DNA of 53,610 nucleotides from Snowella sp. (GTDB taxonomy: Bacteria > Cyanobacteriota > Cyanobacteriia > Cyanobacteriales > Microcystaceae): assembly GCA_035285545.1 (NCBI GenBank), contig JAYKGY010000062.1, positions 1 through 53,610 on the forward strand. The letters run 5' to 3'. The notes beneath the pieces are model-generated. The model was not told the DNA's origin, made no database searches, and saw only the letters and a list, made by a program, of their open reading frames with translations. Within the stretch, counting starts at the first letter, position 1, and each line of letters opens with the position of its first letter. Positions 40,892-52,892 of this stretch are shown here, piece by piece. A program made the position numbers and the translations under genes.

Positions 40892-41371
40892 TCAATCAAA
40901 ATGGGATGTTAATAATTTACTGACTTCTGCGTAATAGCTTTTGGGAGCGCGTTTAATTTGCATGGCCGGAGTATTTAAACTCCATTTTAAGTCATCTAAA
41001 TTGTAGGCGATCGCGAAACCCAATTCTCGTAATGCGCCGGCTAATTCCATTTGATGATCATCCACATGTTCTGCATATTTAACTTGACGGGGAACAAGAA
41101 TAAATGGTTTATACAGTTCTGAGAGCATATCAATTGTTCCTTCCCCACAGTGGGCAATAATTAACCGCGATCGCGCTAATAGCCGTTTAAATTCTGCTTC
41201 GGGATAAAGGGGTTGGGCATAGGCTCCCATCGGCGAAATTGTACAAGATCCATACTGAACGAAAACGGCTTCTTGACTGAGATCAATCTCTCCCCCTTTA
41301 ATCAACGCATCAATGTATTCAATTAATCGATTAAATGCAAATTTTTCTGTCCCGACCGTTACTAAAATCAT
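40892..41371 (-). CDS. GT28 C-terminal (PssE/Cps14G-like) glycosyltransferase half
   Basis: MILVTVGTE..FNRL, IAHCGEGT, VPR..EHVDDHQ. Confidence 0.85.
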   Translation of the reverse strand: MILVTVGTEKFAFNRLIEYIDALIKGGEIDLSQEAVFVQYGSCTISPMGAYAQPLYPEAEFKRLLARSRLIIAHCGEGTIDMLSELYKPFILVPRQVKYAEHVDDHQMELAGALRELGFAIAYNLDDLKWSLNTPAMQIKRAPKSYYAEVSKLLTSHFD

Positions 41372-41596
41372 AGCGTTAAACTATTTTAAAGGTATCAAGA
41401 AATAGGTTTAGGCGTTGTCAATTTAACGATTTAAAATTTAATTAACCGTATTATTAATTTTACCTAACGATTTTCGTCTTAGGTCATTATTATTAAAATA
41501 ATTGTTATATCATTGATTTTTAAGTTTCGTTCACCCGTTAACCCATTTCAACCTAACGTCTAATTTTTTTAATCGGTATCCATTCTGTAGCAACCT

Positions 41597-43900
41597 ATGG
41601 CAAATCGTTCTCTGAAAGCATCGGTCAGTGGTCAAAGTCTAGCTCGACAAAGCATGCAACGTAAAGGATGGACACAGGATTATCTGGCGGCTCAGGCGGG
41701 ACTGTCTACCCGCAATTCCGTCTGGAAATTTTTAACGGGTCGGGCGATTGAACGTCATATTTTTTTGGAAATTTGTTTTCAATTGGGCTTGGATTGGGAG
41801 GAAATTGTCGATCTGGCAGAGGATTCCGTATCATTCAATGAACCTGAAAGTTTGTCTGAATTGGAGCCTATCACAACAGATGAGTTGGTTAATCTGACGC
41901 GATCGCAACTGAAACCTTCGATTGAGTCCCAATGGAGTACGCTGCGGTCTTATTACGACTTGACCCAAAGCTTACGCTTGCAGGATGTTTACACCCCCTT
42001 AAATCTGCTAACCCATTTAACCCATCAACAATGGTTAGACGTTTCCGATTTACAAAAAGATGTGAGTGAAACCGAACGCTTCCGTTTACAGAACCTGACT
42101 CAAAACACCATTCCCGCCTTAGATGCCATTCAATCCCAGGCAAAATTGGTCATTTTAGGCAAACCTGGCTCTGGAAAAACGACCCTATTGCAATATCTGG
42201 CTCTCCAATGCATTGAAGGAACAGTTCTCGGCGATCGCGTTCCGGTATTAATTCCGCTGCGTTCCTATGCGTCCTTTAGTCGAGACCATCAAGATTGGAG
42301 TATCTTTAATTACTTACGTTATCTTTGGGAAAATCAAGGGATTTCTCAGAAAACGATTGAAAACTTAATCCAACATGGCAAGGTTTTATTCCTGTTAGAT
42401 GGGCTAGATGAAATTAATCAAGCGGATAGTGAAAATATCCTGCAACCGATTCAACAGTTTGCTGATACCTATTATCAAAATTATTTCGTTCTTACGTGTC
42501 GTATTTCTTCCCAATTTTACTACTTTAATGGATTTACTTATTTAGAAGTTGCCGATTTTGACCAACAACAAATTGAACGCTTTAGCCAACAATGGTTTAT
42601 GACGGTAGCGCAAGCCTTTAGCCCGAATCAAATCACTTTAGTTAATCGCTTTCTAGAACAAATTAATCGATCAGAGAACCAACCCATTCGAGACTTAGCC
42701 AGTACCCCACTGTTGCTAAATTTAGTGTGTTCCGTCTTTCGGGAACGGGGAAATTTTCCAAGTAATCGCGTTAAACTTTATCAAGAAGGATTAGAAATTT
42801 TACTCAACCGTTGGGATCAATCGCGGGGAATTAAACGGGATCAAGTTTATCGAAATTTATCCTTAGCAGACAAAATCAAATTACTCAGCACAATTGCGGC
42901 TCAAACCTTTGAACAAGGCCAATATTTTTTTGAAAAAACTGATTTACTCCGACAAATTTCAGCCTATCTCACCAGTCTTCCTGATAGCACAACTGATCCT
43001 GAATCTTTGTTACTCGATAGCGAAGCCATTCTCAATGCCATTGTTAGTCAACATGGTTTATTAATTGAACGCTCTAAGGGAATTTACTCTTTTTCCCATT
43101 TAACTTTTCAAGAATACTTAACGGCAAGAAAAATTGTCAGTAGTCCGACATCAGAAATTTTACAAAAGTCTCTCGATCAGTTAGTCGAAAATAGTTTAAA
43201 TCCACGTTGGCGAGAAGTGATTTTACTAACCACTAGTATGCTGCCTCAACCCCAATCTTTTTTACAAAAAATCCTTGAAAGAATTAACCGTTTAGCCCAA
43301 AATGAGGTGACATTAAAAGATTTCTTTAAGGACTTAACCCAAAAGGTAAACTCCGTTCAGTCGCCCTATTCCATCGCAGCCATTCGAGCCTTTTATTTTA
43401 GTCTCGTTTATAATTGGGATTTTAATTTAGGCATTAGCTTAGAACCTAAATTGGCTGGAAAACTAGAAGGAGAATTGGCCATAGATATGGCTTTAATCCG
43501 AGCTTTTTCTATCAGTTCTGAACTGGTCAATAACCCTAATATTGTCAAAATCTTTAATCTCTTTTTTGCCTTAGATCTCGATCATCGTTTTCCCATTAAA
43601 ACTGAAGCCTTATCTGCCTTCCAATCTCTCAAGAAAAAATTACCTAATCCTGAGCAGGGAGAAGAGAATTTATTGAAATGGTGGAAGGAAAATGGAAAAC
43701 GTTGGCAAGATTCCTTTAGGGAATTTTTGGTAAAATATCGCTGTCTCGGTAAAAACTGGTATTTTAGCCCCCACCAACGCCATCTTTTACAGGAATACTA
43801 TGGAGCAAATCAGTTTTTTGTGACCTTACTCCACAGCACTTCCCAATTAACTTCTCCCCAACGCAAAGGCATTGAAGTCTTCTTGTTAAACCCCTCTTAA
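41597..43900 (+). CDS. HTH-NACHT NTPase (STAND/NLR-like)
   Basis: WTQDYLAAQAGL HTH, GKPGSGKT, LLDGLDE, TPLLL, FSHLTFQEY. Confidence 0.9.
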   Translation: MANRSLKASVSGQSLARQSMQRKGWTQDYLAAQAGLSTRNSVWKFLTGRAIERHIFLEICFQLGLDWEEIVDLAEDSVSFNEPESLSELEPITTDELVNLTRSQLKPSIESQWSTLRSYYDLTQSLRLQDVYTPLNLLTHLTHQQWLDVSDLQKDVSETERFRLQNLTQNTIPALDAIQSQAKLVILGKPGSGKTTLLQYLALQCIEGTVLGDRVPVLIPLRSYASFSRDHQDWSIFNYLRYLWENQGISQKTIENLIQHGKVLFLLDGLDEINQADSENILQPIQQFADTYYQNYFVLTCRISSQFYYFNGFTYLEVADFDQQQIERFSQQWFMTVAQAFSPNQITLVNRFLEQINRSENQPIRDLASTPLLLNLVCSVFRERGNFPSNRVKLYQEGLEILLNRWDQSRGIKRDQVYRNLSLADKIKLLSTIAAQTFEQGQYFFEKTDLLRQISAYLTSLPDSTTDPESLLLDSEAILNAIVSQHGLLIERSKGIYSFSHLTFQEYLTARKIVSSPTSEILQKSLDQLVENSLNPRWREVILLTTSMLPQPQSFLQKILERINRLAQNEVTLKDFFKDLTQKVNSVQSPYSIAAIRAFYFSLVYNWDFNLGISLEPKLAGKLEGELAIDMALIRAFSISSELVNNPNIVKIFNLFFALDLDHRFPIKTEALSAFQSLKKKLPNPEQGEENLLKWWKENGKRWQDSFREFLVKYRCLGKNWYFSPHQRHLLQEYYGANQFFVTLLHSTSQLTSPQRKGIEVFLLNPS

Positions 43901-43914
43901 GTTTTTTGCCGCCC

Positions 43915-44769
43915 TTAGGATGACGCGATCGCGGTGGTTGGTTTCTTCGGTAAAAATTTGAGAATACTTAACGCTAACCTAGAGAGAGTGGGTAACAATT
44001 CAGGCTGCAATAATTCAGGGGGAAACTGACTCATGCGATGAGCATTTTGTGATAAACAGGTATTAAAAAATAACTCCGGTGTCAGATCATCCATAAACAT
44101 CGTCGCACTCGTTGCCGTAAAAGCTTGATCATCCCGTTCTGCCACACCACCAAACACATCAATTAATCCTTTCAGCGCGCGACCGTAATGCCAGCTTGTC
44201 CGCAAAGCACGCAAAGGTGCAAAACCTTGACTTCGGTGAATTTGTAAATAAGTAAACCAGTTGACAAAAAAGACAATATGACGAGCTTCTTCATCTAAAA
44301 TCGGGTCAAAAATCTGAAAGACTTCTTCGGGTAAATATTGAGCTTGATGGGCAATTTCAAACATACCAAAGGCAAAATAGGAATCTAAACATTCTTCAAA
44401 GCCAAAATCCGTAAATTCCATTTCAATATTGTCAGAAATTACGGCCGTTTCCGGTTCTTCGATTTCGATCCCGTAATGGTTAATTAAATAGGCAATTAAA
44501 CGGGCATGGCGGCTTTCTTCTCTCCCCTGAAGCGCGATCGCTTCTCGTAACATCGGATCTTCAACGGTTTCCGCAAAGCGAGTTACCATTACCCCTGCTT
44601 TCCGTTCGGTATAAAGGGCCTCTTTCCAAAAGGGAATCCCCCGCATCCGTTCTAAGGCAATCCCTTCTAACTTTGGCCAAGGAAGGGTTTCCGGTTCATA
44701 TTGAAGATGGGTATCGAGAAAATGTTGACAAAAGCGTTTTTTGTGTTCTTGGCTGCCCAGTTGAATCAT
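43915..44769 (-). CDS. Ferritin-like di-iron domain protein
   Basis: EESRH and EEARH ExxH motifs; ATG at 44769. Confidence 0.8.
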   Translation of the reverse strand: MIQLGSQEHKKRFCQHFLDTHLQYEPETLPWPKLEGIALERMRGIPFWKEALYTERKAGVMVTRFAETVEDPMLREAIALQGREESRHARLIAYLINHYGIEIEEPETAVISDNIEMEFTDFGFEECLDSYFAFGMFEIAHQAQYLPEEVFQIFDPILDEEARHIVFFVNWFTYLQIHRSQGFAPLRALRTSWHYGRALKGLIDVFGGVAERDDQAFTATSATMFMDDLTPELFFNTCLSQNAHRMSQFPPELLQPELLPTLSRLALSILKFLPKKPTTAIASS

Positions 44770-44815
44770 AGTCAAAATTTGAGTAAAATTTCGCAACAAA
44801 AAATTAAACAGACAT

Positions 44816-44906
44816 TATAGCAATCTTAAATGATTCGTGTTGTTGAGAGGCTCGAAACCCTTGCCCAGAGTGGATCGATATTTACAAATGGTTTAGGACT
44901 GCTATA
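44816..44906. mobile_element. 91-bp MITE-like element, copy 2
   Basis: TATAGCAATCTTAAA...TTTAGGACTGCTATA, colinear with 28531-28621. Confidence 0.8.
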
Positions 44907-45225
44907 TATAATGTCTTTTGTTTTTATCCGGTATAAAAGTATTAGTTTACTGCTTGTTAAAATTCTTCTAATTATACTTTAAAATAATTGCTGGATCAAA
45001 TTAAGTTGTCTGAAAATGATTTTCAATTTCTTTGAAAAATAGTTGCTAAAGTGCCGACCTTAATAGAATGAAATCCCCCCTATTAGACCTTCAAAACCAA
45101 GGACTAATTCTTTGAGATTGACCACGTTTACTTTCCGCAAAGCCAATCAGAACACGACCAAAAAAACGTCTTATACCAAAAAGCTTAATACAAGCTTAAG
45201 AAAAAATTATTGACATCATTATTCG

Positions 45226-45390
45226 ATTGAACTAGTGTGGTATTCAGTGAAAGAGTGTATAGCGAATCGGATCTTCAAATCCATTGAAAAACCAGAATGC
45301 TTGTTAAATCGACTTTTAAATGAAGGAGAGTTAGTGATTCAATGGGGACGAAAACTTAAAAACAAAGGCAACGCTATAATCTCAGTTTCA
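45226..45390 (+). pseudogene. IS630-family transposase C-terminal remnant
   Basis: IELVWYSVKECIANRIFKSIE..LLNEGELVIQWGRKLKNKGNA (IE.VW..K catalytic-Glu region). Confidence 0.7.
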
Positions 45391-45735
45391 ATACGCGACG
45401 TTTTAGCCGCTAAATTTAACTTTTGCAATAAAAAATCAGAGAAATTGATCATAGAGAACTCGGTTGTTGCTGATGGAGAATAATCGACGTATCCCTACCA
45501 AGGAATTTTGTTAAAATGGCTACCGTTTAAAGCCTGATCAGTATAAATTTCAGGAAAAACTTAATACTTTCATTAAGAAGATCGCTTTTTATTAGTTCTC
45601 ACCGTTACAATTCTAGAGCTAGGGGTTCAACATAAGGAATCGATAGGGATTATGATAATAGACTGACCTTTCTCCTAACCCCTGCTAACGGCGAATCGCC
45701 AAAGCCATTGAACGTTCATTTTCCTTTGAAGCTCC

Positions 45736-48700
45736 ATGAATAATCTCGTTAACCCCCAAGCTGTTCCCCCCGTTCAACAAGGACTCTACGACCCGCAGTT
45801 CGAGCATGATGCCTGTGGTGTGGGCTTTATTGTTCACATGAAGGGGAAAAAGTCCCATGATATTGTCGAGCAAGCGTTAACCATTTTGCTGAATTTGGAT
45901 CACCGTGGCGCGTGCGGTTGTGAAGCCAATACGGGGGATGGGGCAGGAATTTTGATGCAGGTTCCCCACAAGTTTTTACAAAAGGTGGCTGCCAATGAAG
46001 GGTTTACCCTCCCCGAAGCAGGACAATATGGGGTGGGAAATATTTATGCTTCTCCTGACGCGATCGCGAGAGAAAAAGGACGGCGTATTTTTGAAGGGGT
46101 AGTCGCTCAAGAAGGACTGAAAGTATTAGGATGGCGCGATATTCCGACGGATAATAGCTCCTTGGGAGATACGGCTAAAGCCAGTGAACCCTTTATGCAA
46201 CAGGTGTTTATTGCCCGTAGCCCTGAGTTGGTAGATGATCTCGATTTTGAACGTAAATTATTTGTTATCCGTAAGCTTTCCCATACCGCCATTAGGGCAC
46301 CCAAAGTGGATACGTTTTGGTATGTGGCGAGTCTGTCGGCCCGTACCTTGGTTTATAAGGGAATGTTGATGCCGGTTCAGGTGGGGGCTTATTACCCTGA
46401 TTTGCATGATCCCGATATGGATAGTGCCTTGGCTTTGGTGCATTCTCGTTTCAGTACCAATACCTTCCCCAGTTGGGAGCGATCGCACCCCTACCGCTAC
46501 ATTGCCCATAACGGGGAAATCAATACCATGCGGGGCAATATTAACTGGATGCACGCTCGTCAATCCCTGTTTGAGTCGCCTTTGTTTGGCAAAGACATGG
46601 AAAAAATCAAGCCTGTTATCAACGTCGAAGGCAGTGACTCCACCATTTTTGATAATGCGCTGGAATTGCTGTATCTGTCAGGGCGATCGCTGCCCCATTC
46701 GGTAATGATGATGATTCCTGAACCGTGGACAGCCCATGAGTCCATGAGTGCAGAGAAAAAAGCCTTTTATAAATACCATTCCTGTTTGATGGAACCTTGG
46801 GATGGCCCCGCTTCTATTGCCTTTACCGATGGCACGATGATGGGAGCTATCTTAGACCGTAATGGGTTACGCCCTTCTCGTTACTATGTCACCAAAGATG
46901 ATCTGGTAATCATGGCTTCGGAAGCAGGGGTGTTACCGATTGAACCCGAACGAGTTGCCGCTAAAGGTCGTCTCCAACCAGGGCGGATGTTCTTGGTCAA
47001 TACCCAGGAAGGTCGCATTATTTCCGATGAAGAAATTAAAGGAAACATCGTCTCGGAGCATCCCTACGAAACATGGTTAGCCGACAATTTAGTCTCCCTA
47101 GATCAACTTCCTGCTGATGGGCAGACGCAATCTGCTACCCATACCTTGCCCTTATTGCAACGTCAGATGGCCTTTGGCTATACCTTTGAGGAATTACGGA
47201 TCCTATTAACCCCAATGGCACGGGATGGGGTGGAAGCCGTTGGTTCAATGGGTGCAGATACGCCCTTAGCGGTTTTATCGGATCGTCCCAAGCTACTTTA
47301 TAACTACTTCCAGCAACTCTTTGCCCAGGTTACCAATCCCCCCATTGATTCGATTCGGGAAGAAATTATTACCTCGGCAGCAACGACCATCGGTTCGGAA
47401 GGGAATTTGTTGAATCCGACCCCCGAAAGCTGTCATTTAATTGAATTAAAAACGCCTATTATTAGCGATGAAGAGTTAGCCAAACTAAAAGCGTTAGATC
47501 CGCAATCGACAGGGTTTAAATCTGTTACGATTCCCATTCTCTTTAATCCCCAAGGTGGTAGTCAGGCACTCGAAGCAGCAATGCAGGGGATTTTTGAGCA
47601 GGCTAATCAGGCGATCGCCGATGGAGTCAATATTATTATCCTCTCGGATCGGGGTGTTAATGCAGACAATGCGCCCATTCCTGCTTTACTAGCCGTTTCA
47701 GGCCTGCACCACCATTTAATCCGTGAAGGTTCCCGTACCCGTGTTGGTTTGGTTTTAGAATCTGGGGAACCCCGTGAAGTCCACCACTTTGCGACGCTCA
47801 TTGGCTATGGTTGCGGCGCGATCAATCCCTACCTAGCCTTTGAAACCTTGGACGGCATGATCGCGGAAGGCTTACTAGTTGGCGTTGATCATAAAACAGC
47901 TTGCAAGAATTTTATTAAAGCCGCTACCAAAGGAGTGATTAAAGTTGCCTCAAAGATTGGTATTTCCACCATTCAAAGTTATCGGGGAGCGCAAATTTTT
48001 GAAGCGATCGGTTTAGATGCGTCGGTAATCGATAAATACTTTACCTGGACTGCCTCTCGCATTGCGGGTTCCGATCTAGACATTCTCACCAAGGAAGTGC
48101 TGCTGCGTCATCAACACGCCTTTACGGATCGCCCCGCCGATACCCATACCCTTGATGTCGGTGGAGAATACCAGTGGCGCAAGGATGGAGAGGAACATTT
48201 ATTCAATCCCTTTACCATTCATACCCTGCAACAGGCGGTACGGGAGGGGAATTACGAACTTTATAAGCAATACGCCAAGCTTGTTAACGAACAAAACGAG
48301 AAGTTCTTTACCCTGCGCGGCTTGTTGGAATTTAAAGACCGTGAACCCGTTCCCCTTGAAGAAGTAGAACCCATTGAAGCGATCATGAAACGCTTTAAGA
48401 CGGGCGCAATGAGCTATGGATCAATCTCCAAAGAAGCCCATGAATCCCTCGCGATCGCGATGAACCGGATCGGCGGCAAATCCAACACCGGAGAAGGCGG
48501 CGAAGATCCCGAACGCTATACCTGGACGAATGAACAGGGCGATTCCAAAAATAGTGCCATTAAACAAGTGGCATCAGGTCGCTTTGGGGTAACGAGTTTG
48601 TACCTGTCCCAAGCCAAAGAAATTCAAATCAAAATGGCCCAAGGCGCGAAACCAGGGGAAGGTGGGCAATTACCCGGTAAAAAAGTCTATCCCTGGATTG

Positions 48701-50349
48701 CCAAAGTCCGTCACTCGACCCCTGGTGTGGGTTTAATTTCTCCCCCGCCTCACCACGATATTTACTCCATTGAAGACTTAGCCGAGTTAATTCACGACCT
48801 CAAAAATGCCAATCGGGATGCCCGCATTAACGTCAAGCTAGTGTCTGAAGTCGGTGTGGGAACGATCGCGACAGGTGTGGCCAAAGCCCATGCTGATGTA
48901 GTTTTAATCTCAGGTTACGACGGTGGAACGGGTGCATCTCCCCAAACCTCGATTAAACATGCAGGTCTTCCTTGGGAATTGGGTCTAGCTGAAACTCATC
49001 AAACCCTGGTTTTAAATAATCTGCGATCGCGGATTGTGGTCGAAACCGATGGCCAAATGAAAACAGGTCGGGATGTGGTGATCGGGGCCTTACTGGGCGC
49101 AGAAGAATTTGGTTTCTCAACGGCTCCGTTGGTAACCTTGGGCTGTATCATGATGCGGGTTTGTCACCTCAACACCTGCCCTGTGGGGATTGCAACCCAA
49201 AACCCAGACCTACGGGCTAAATTCACGGGTGATCCCACCTACACCGAAAACTTCATGAAGTTCATTGCAATGGATATTCGAGAAATCATGGCCCAGCTAG
49301 GTTTCCGCACCCTGGATGAAATGGTGGGACGTACCGATATTCTCGAACCGAAAAAAGCGGTAGATCACTGGAAAGCCAAAGGAATTGATCTCTCTGCTAT
49401 TCTCTATCAACCCGAAGTTGGCCCAGAAGTGGGGCGTTATTGCCAAATGCCCCAGGATCACGGCTTAGACAAATCCTTGGATATCACGACCTTACTGGAT
49501 ATTTGCGAACCTGCTATTGAAAACGGTGAAAAGGTCAAAGCAACCCTACCCATCCAAAATATCAATCGGGTGGTGGGAACCATTGTAGGCAACGAAATCA
49601 CCAAACGTAATTGGGACGGTTTACCCGAAGATACCGTTCATCTCCATTTCCAAGGTAGTGCAGGGCAAAGCTTTGGAGCCTTTGTTCCCAAGGGAATGAC
49701 CCTCGAACTCGAAGGAGATGCCAATGACTATCTCGGTAAGGGCTTAAGCGGTGGCAAGATCATCGTTTATCCGCCCAAAGTTTCAACCTTTGCCGCTTCG
49801 GAGAATATCATTGCGGGTAATGTGGCTCTCTACGGGGCAACCAGTGGCGAGGCGTATATTGCAGGCATGGTCGGTGAGCGTTTCTGTGTGCGGAACTCTG
49901 GGGTCAATACGGTTGTAGAAGCCGTCGGTGATCACGGTTGCGAATACATGACAGGCGGTAAGGTTGTGATTCTCGGTCTGACGGGACGCAACTTTGCGGC
50001 GGGGATGAGTGGCGGTGTGGCCTACATCCTTGATGAAACGGGCGATTTTGCAACCCGTTGTAATCAGTCGATGGTCGGTCTGGAATCGTTGGAAGATCCT
50101 GAAGAAATCCAAGATCTCTACAACCTTATCCAAAATCACGTTACCTATACCAATAGCGAAAAGGGTAAAGGGGTCTTAGCGGATTGGGAAGCAAATATTC
50201 CAAAATTTGTGAAGGTAATGCCGAAGGATTATAAACGTGTTCTCCAAGCGATTAAGAATGCGTTAGAGGCTGGTTTGAGTGGGGATGATGCGCTCAATGC
50301 TGCTTTTGAAGAAAATGCTCGTGATGTCGCGAGAATTGGGGGGAGTTAA
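45736..50349 (+). CDS. gltB: Glutamate synthase large subunit
   Basis: EHDACGVG N-terminal Cys, [39 protein letters not shown]. Confidence 0.96.
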   Translation: MNNLVNPQAVPPVQQGLYDPQFEHDACGVGFIVHMKGKKSHDIVEQALTILLNLDHRGACGCEANTGDGAGILMQVPHKFLQKVAANEGFTLPEAGQYGVGNIYASPDAIAREKGRRIFEGVVAQEGLKVLGWRDIPTDNSSLGDTAKASEPFMQQVFIARSPELVDDLDFERKLFVIRKLSHTAIRAPKVDTFWYVASLSARTLVYKGMLMPVQVGAYYPDLHDPDMDSALALVHSRFSTNTFPSWERSHPYRYIAHNGEINTMRGNINWMHARQSLFESPLFGKDMEKIKPVINVEGSDSTIFDNALELLYLSGRSLPHSVMMMIPEPWTAHESMSAEKKAFYKYHSCLMEPWDGPASIAFTDGTMMGAILDRNGLRPSRYYVTKDDLVIMASEAGVLPIEPERVAAKGRLQPGRMFLVNTQEGRIISDEEIKGNIVSEHPYETWLADNLVSLDQLPADGQTQSATHTLPLLQRQMAFGYTFEELRILLTPMARDGVEAVGSMGADTPLAVLSDRPKLLYNYFQQLFAQVTNPPIDSIREEIITSAATTIGSEGNLLNPTPESCHLIELKTPIISDEELAKLKALDPQSTGFKSVTIPILFNPQGGSQALEAAMQGIFEQANQAIADGVNIIILSDRGVNADNAPIPALLAVSGLHHHLIREGSRTRVGLVLESGEPREVHHFATLIGYGCGAINPYLAFETLDGMIAEGLLVGVDHKTACKNFIKAATKGVIKVASKIGISTIQSYRGAQIFEAIGLDASVIDKYFTWTASRIAGSDLDILTKEVLLRHQHAFTDRPADTHTLDVGGEYQWRKDGEEHLFNPFTIHTLQQAVREGNYELYKQYAKLVNEQNEKFFTLRGLLEFKDREPVPLEEVEPIEAIMKRFKTGAMSYGSISKEAHESLAIAMNRIGGKSNTGEGGEDPERYTWTNEQGDSKNSAIKQVASGRFGVTSLYLSQAKEIQIKMAQGAKPGEGGQLPGKKVYPWIAKVRHSTPGVGLISPPPHHDIYSIEDLAELIHDLKNANRDARINVKLVSEVGVGTIATGVAKAHADVVLISGYDGGTGASPQTSIKHAGLPWELGLAETHQTLVLNNLRSRIVVETDGQMKTGRDVVIGALLGAEEFGFSTAPLVTLGCIMMRVCHLNTCPVGIATQNPDLRAKFTGDPTYTENFMKFIAMDIREIMAQLGFRTLDEMVGRTDILEPKKAVDHWKAKGIDLSAILYQPEVGPEVGRYCQMPQDHGLDKSLDITTLLDICEPAIENGEKVKATLPIQNINRVVGTIVGNEITKRNWDGLPEDTVHLHFQGSAGQSFGAFVPKGMTLELEGDANDYLGKGLSGGKIIVYPPKVSTFAASENIIAGNVALYGATSGEAYIAGMVGERFCVRNSGVNTVVEAVGDHGCEYMTGGKVVILGLTGRNFAAGMSGGVAYILDETGDFATRCNQSMVGLESLEDPEEIQDLYNLIQNHVTYTNSEKGKGVLADWEANIPKFVKVMPKDYKRVLQAIKNALEAGLSGDDALNAAFEENARDVARIGGS

Positions 50350-50569
50350 TTCAATCTAGACAAACAAAATAAAGCGATGTACTTAAGAAATTAAAGTTGC
50401 ATTACATTTGAGTTACACGCTTTACAAACAAGGTAATTGCTAAAGTAAAGGTCTAAAGTCTTTTTGGGGGAGCTAATCCAGTTCCCTCTTATTGACTGCT
50501 TTAAGATTGATTGAATTTGGTATGATGAGGAAGTAACGGGCTAATTTATGTCACCTTAAGAGAATCATT

Positions 50570-51703
50570 ATGGTTAATGTTGCCACTAAGCCCCATGTTC
50601 AAATTACTCAAGACAAAATTAACCGAGTTGAAGAACAAATTCGTCAGCAACGCAGACCTGTTGACTATAAAACTTTAGAATATCCCATCGAAATTATTGT
50701 TCAAAAATATTCTCAGGAGGAGGAAGAAGATAAGAATGAAATTTTTGTGCCTGATTATCAAAGAGAACTAGTTTGGACTGATGAGCATCAATCTAAATTT
50801 ATAGAGTCGGTTTTTCTGGGACTTCCGATTCCCTATATTTTTGTTGCTGATGTTACAGATGAAATTGAATCAGAGAGTTTCAGCCGATTAGAAATTATTG
50901 ATGGAACTCAGCGTATTAGAACATTAGAAAGATTTTTACATAATAAACTAACCCTAAGCAATCTAAAAAAATTAAATGAGTTAAATGGTTTATCTTTTGG
51001 GGATCTTCCTCCGTCTCGTCAACAACGCTTCAAAAGAACAACTCTAAGAATGATACTCTTGACTGAAGCAACGGACGAAGAAGTCCGTAGAGATTTATTT
51101 GAGCGGATTAATTCAGGCAGTATTGAATTGAATGAAATGGAAAAAAGAATTGGAGGCAAACCAGGCCCATTTCTTGATTTCATTCAAACACTGTCTCGAA
51201 ATGAGCAATTTCAGTCTTTATGTCATTTTTCACAACCACAAAAAGACCGAAGAGATCCGCAAGAGTACATACTACGATTTTTTGCTTTTCTCCATAATTA
51301 TCAAAATTATTCTGGTAAAGTTCATATTTTTTTGGACGAATTTTTAACAACGAAAAATGAAGAATGGGAAAAACTCAAGATTAATAATTTAGAAAGTTTT
51401 ACAAGTCAGTGTAATCAATTCAATCAAGAATTTTTATCTATGCTTGAATTTATTGCTAAGTACTATCCTGATATTTTTTCAGTAGGGATCTCGAAAAAAA
51501 GACCAACGACTAGAAGCAAATTTGAAGCAATTTCCGTTGGTGTTGCGTTAGCATTACGAGAAACTAAAAATATCCAATGCCCTGATTTTAGCTTTTTAAA
51601 AAGTAAGAAATTCGACTATTTAACTGATAAAAACTCCAGTAGTACAAGACAAAAAGTTGAAAAACGAATTGAGTATGTTAAAAACCATCTTCTGCAACGA
51701 TGA
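50570..51703 (+). CDS. DUF262 (ParB/GmrS-like) domain protein
   Basis: VPDYQRELVW, IIDGTQR, FERINSG. Confidence 0.9.
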   Translation: MVNVATKPHVQITQDKINRVEEQIRQQRRPVDYKTLEYPIEIIVQKYSQEEEEDKNEIFVPDYQRELVWTDEHQSKFIESVFLGLPIPYIFVADVTDEIESESFSRLEIIDGTQRIRTLERFLHNKLTLSNLKKLNELNGLSFGDLPPSRQQRFKRTTLRMILLTEATDEEVRRDLFERINSGSIELNEMEKRIGGKPGPFLDFIQTLSRNEQFQSLCHFSQPQKDRRDPQEYILRFFAFLHNYQNYSGKVHIFLDEFLTTKNEEWEKLKINNLESFTSQCNQFNQEFLSMLEFIAKYYPDIFSVGISKKRPTTRSKFEAISVGVALALRETKNIQCPDFSFLKSKKFDYLTDKNSSSTRQKVEKRIEYVKNHLLQR

Positions 51704-52401
51704 GTCAATCACGACTAGTTCAAGAGCTTCAAGAAAAATCGAAAGAAGTAAAAAAATACTGTCTTTTCCTGAAGGCTATTGAAACTAAAGCTATTAAGTT
51801 AAGTATGGGAAATCATCTTACTGATAAAAACAAAATTAAAGATTTCAATCCAGAATTAGAAAAAACGCTAAAAGCAACTGTTTTTTTGTTACTATATAAT
51901 TTAATTGAATCCACGATCAGAAGTGTCATTGAATATATTTATGATGATTTAGAAAAAAATCATGTTTCTTTTGATAATTTAAATCAAACTTTTCAGAATC
52001 ACATCATTAAAGTATTGCGAGACTTCTCTCTCAAAGATAAAGACTGGCAACCTGGAATTGCTACAAATATTATTATTTTTGCGGCTGAAAAAGAGGGATC
52101 TTTTGCTGGCAATTTAGACGCTAAAAAAATCAGAGAGATTTTAGGATTTTATGGGATTCAAGTTACTTCTCAGGGCCGTACAACAAGAAATGGTAACGAT
52201 TTAGAAATTGTCAAAGAAGCAAGAAAGGATTTAGCTCATGGTCATAGTTCATTCTCAGAAAAAAGCCGTAATTATACTTCTGATGACTTGTTTGCAATAC
52301 AAAAACGAGTTGTCCTCTATTTAAGAGGAATTGTACAAGATGTTGAAAATTATGTAAATGAACAAGAATACTTAAGTTTGCCTAGTGATAATTCCTCTTA
52401 A
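51700..52401 (+). CDS. MAE_28990-like HEPN nuclease
   Basis: LLLYNLIES, GNLDAKKIR, RKDLAHG (R-x4-H); ATGA overlap with the DUF262 gene. Confidence 0.82.
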   Translation: MSQSRLVQELQEKSKEVKKYCLFLKAIETKAIKLSMGNHLTDKNKIKDFNPELEKTLKATVFLLLYNLIESTIRSVIEYIYDDLEKNHVSFDNLNQTFQNHIIKVLRDFSLKDKDWQPGIATNIIIFAAEKEGSFAGNLDAKKIREILGFYGIQVTSQGRTTRNGNDLEIVKEARKDLAHGHSSFSEKSRNYTSDDLFAIQKRVVLYLRGIVQDVENYVNEQEYLSLPSDNSS

Positions 52402-52727
52402 TGCAGTTATAAGGTATAAAAATATTATTTTCAATTTAAATTTTTCTTTAATAAAGCTGTATAGTCCCTAATTCATTGATTTTGAAGAGTAAGTCCATCT
52501 AAATTAATAATTTACGTTATACAACTCACATTCCGCTGTTTTGAACCGCCCAAAATAATTAAAATTAAAACCCTTTTTTAGCAAGCTTTTTAGCGATCTG
52601 ACTTTTTTCCATATCATTCTTCTTTTCTCAAGAGAAGTCCTCTATTGACAATACAGGAAGATACAGATGCTACGATCCCTATTGCTACGTTCTAATTATT
52701 TTTTCAGCCTCGTAATCAGCGAAATGT

Positions 52728-52892
52728 GGGGATTTAGAGGCAGATGGTGTGGAGATTAGTCCTAATATTACGGCGGAGTTGAATAGTGAAGGAGAATTGA
52801 TAGGGATAGAGATTATTAATGCAAGTGCTTTTCTGCGGGATTCGATTTTAGAGTCGGTACAGGGAAAATTGTTAAACCTGACGAGAGCTTGA
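52728..52892 (+). pseudogene. 5'-truncated DUF2283-family gene
   Basis: EADGVEISPNITAELNSEGELIGIEIINASAFLRDSILESVQGKLL; in-frame stop shortly upstream. Confidence 0.65.

Noticed and set aside
45235..45483. 82-aa ORF as an intact gene
   Set aside because: It is an IS630 transposase tail reading through into unrelated sequence
45480..45735. Possible glutamine riboswitch or NtcA site upstream of gltB
   Set aside because: No GTA-N8-TAC seen; CGTTCAT is present but the complementary riboswitch elements are not
46107..50139. Several short alternative-frame and antisense ORFs inside gltB (similar ones occur in hemA, devBC, cobN and ycf46)
   Set aside because: Expected shadows of long coding genes; no independent evidence
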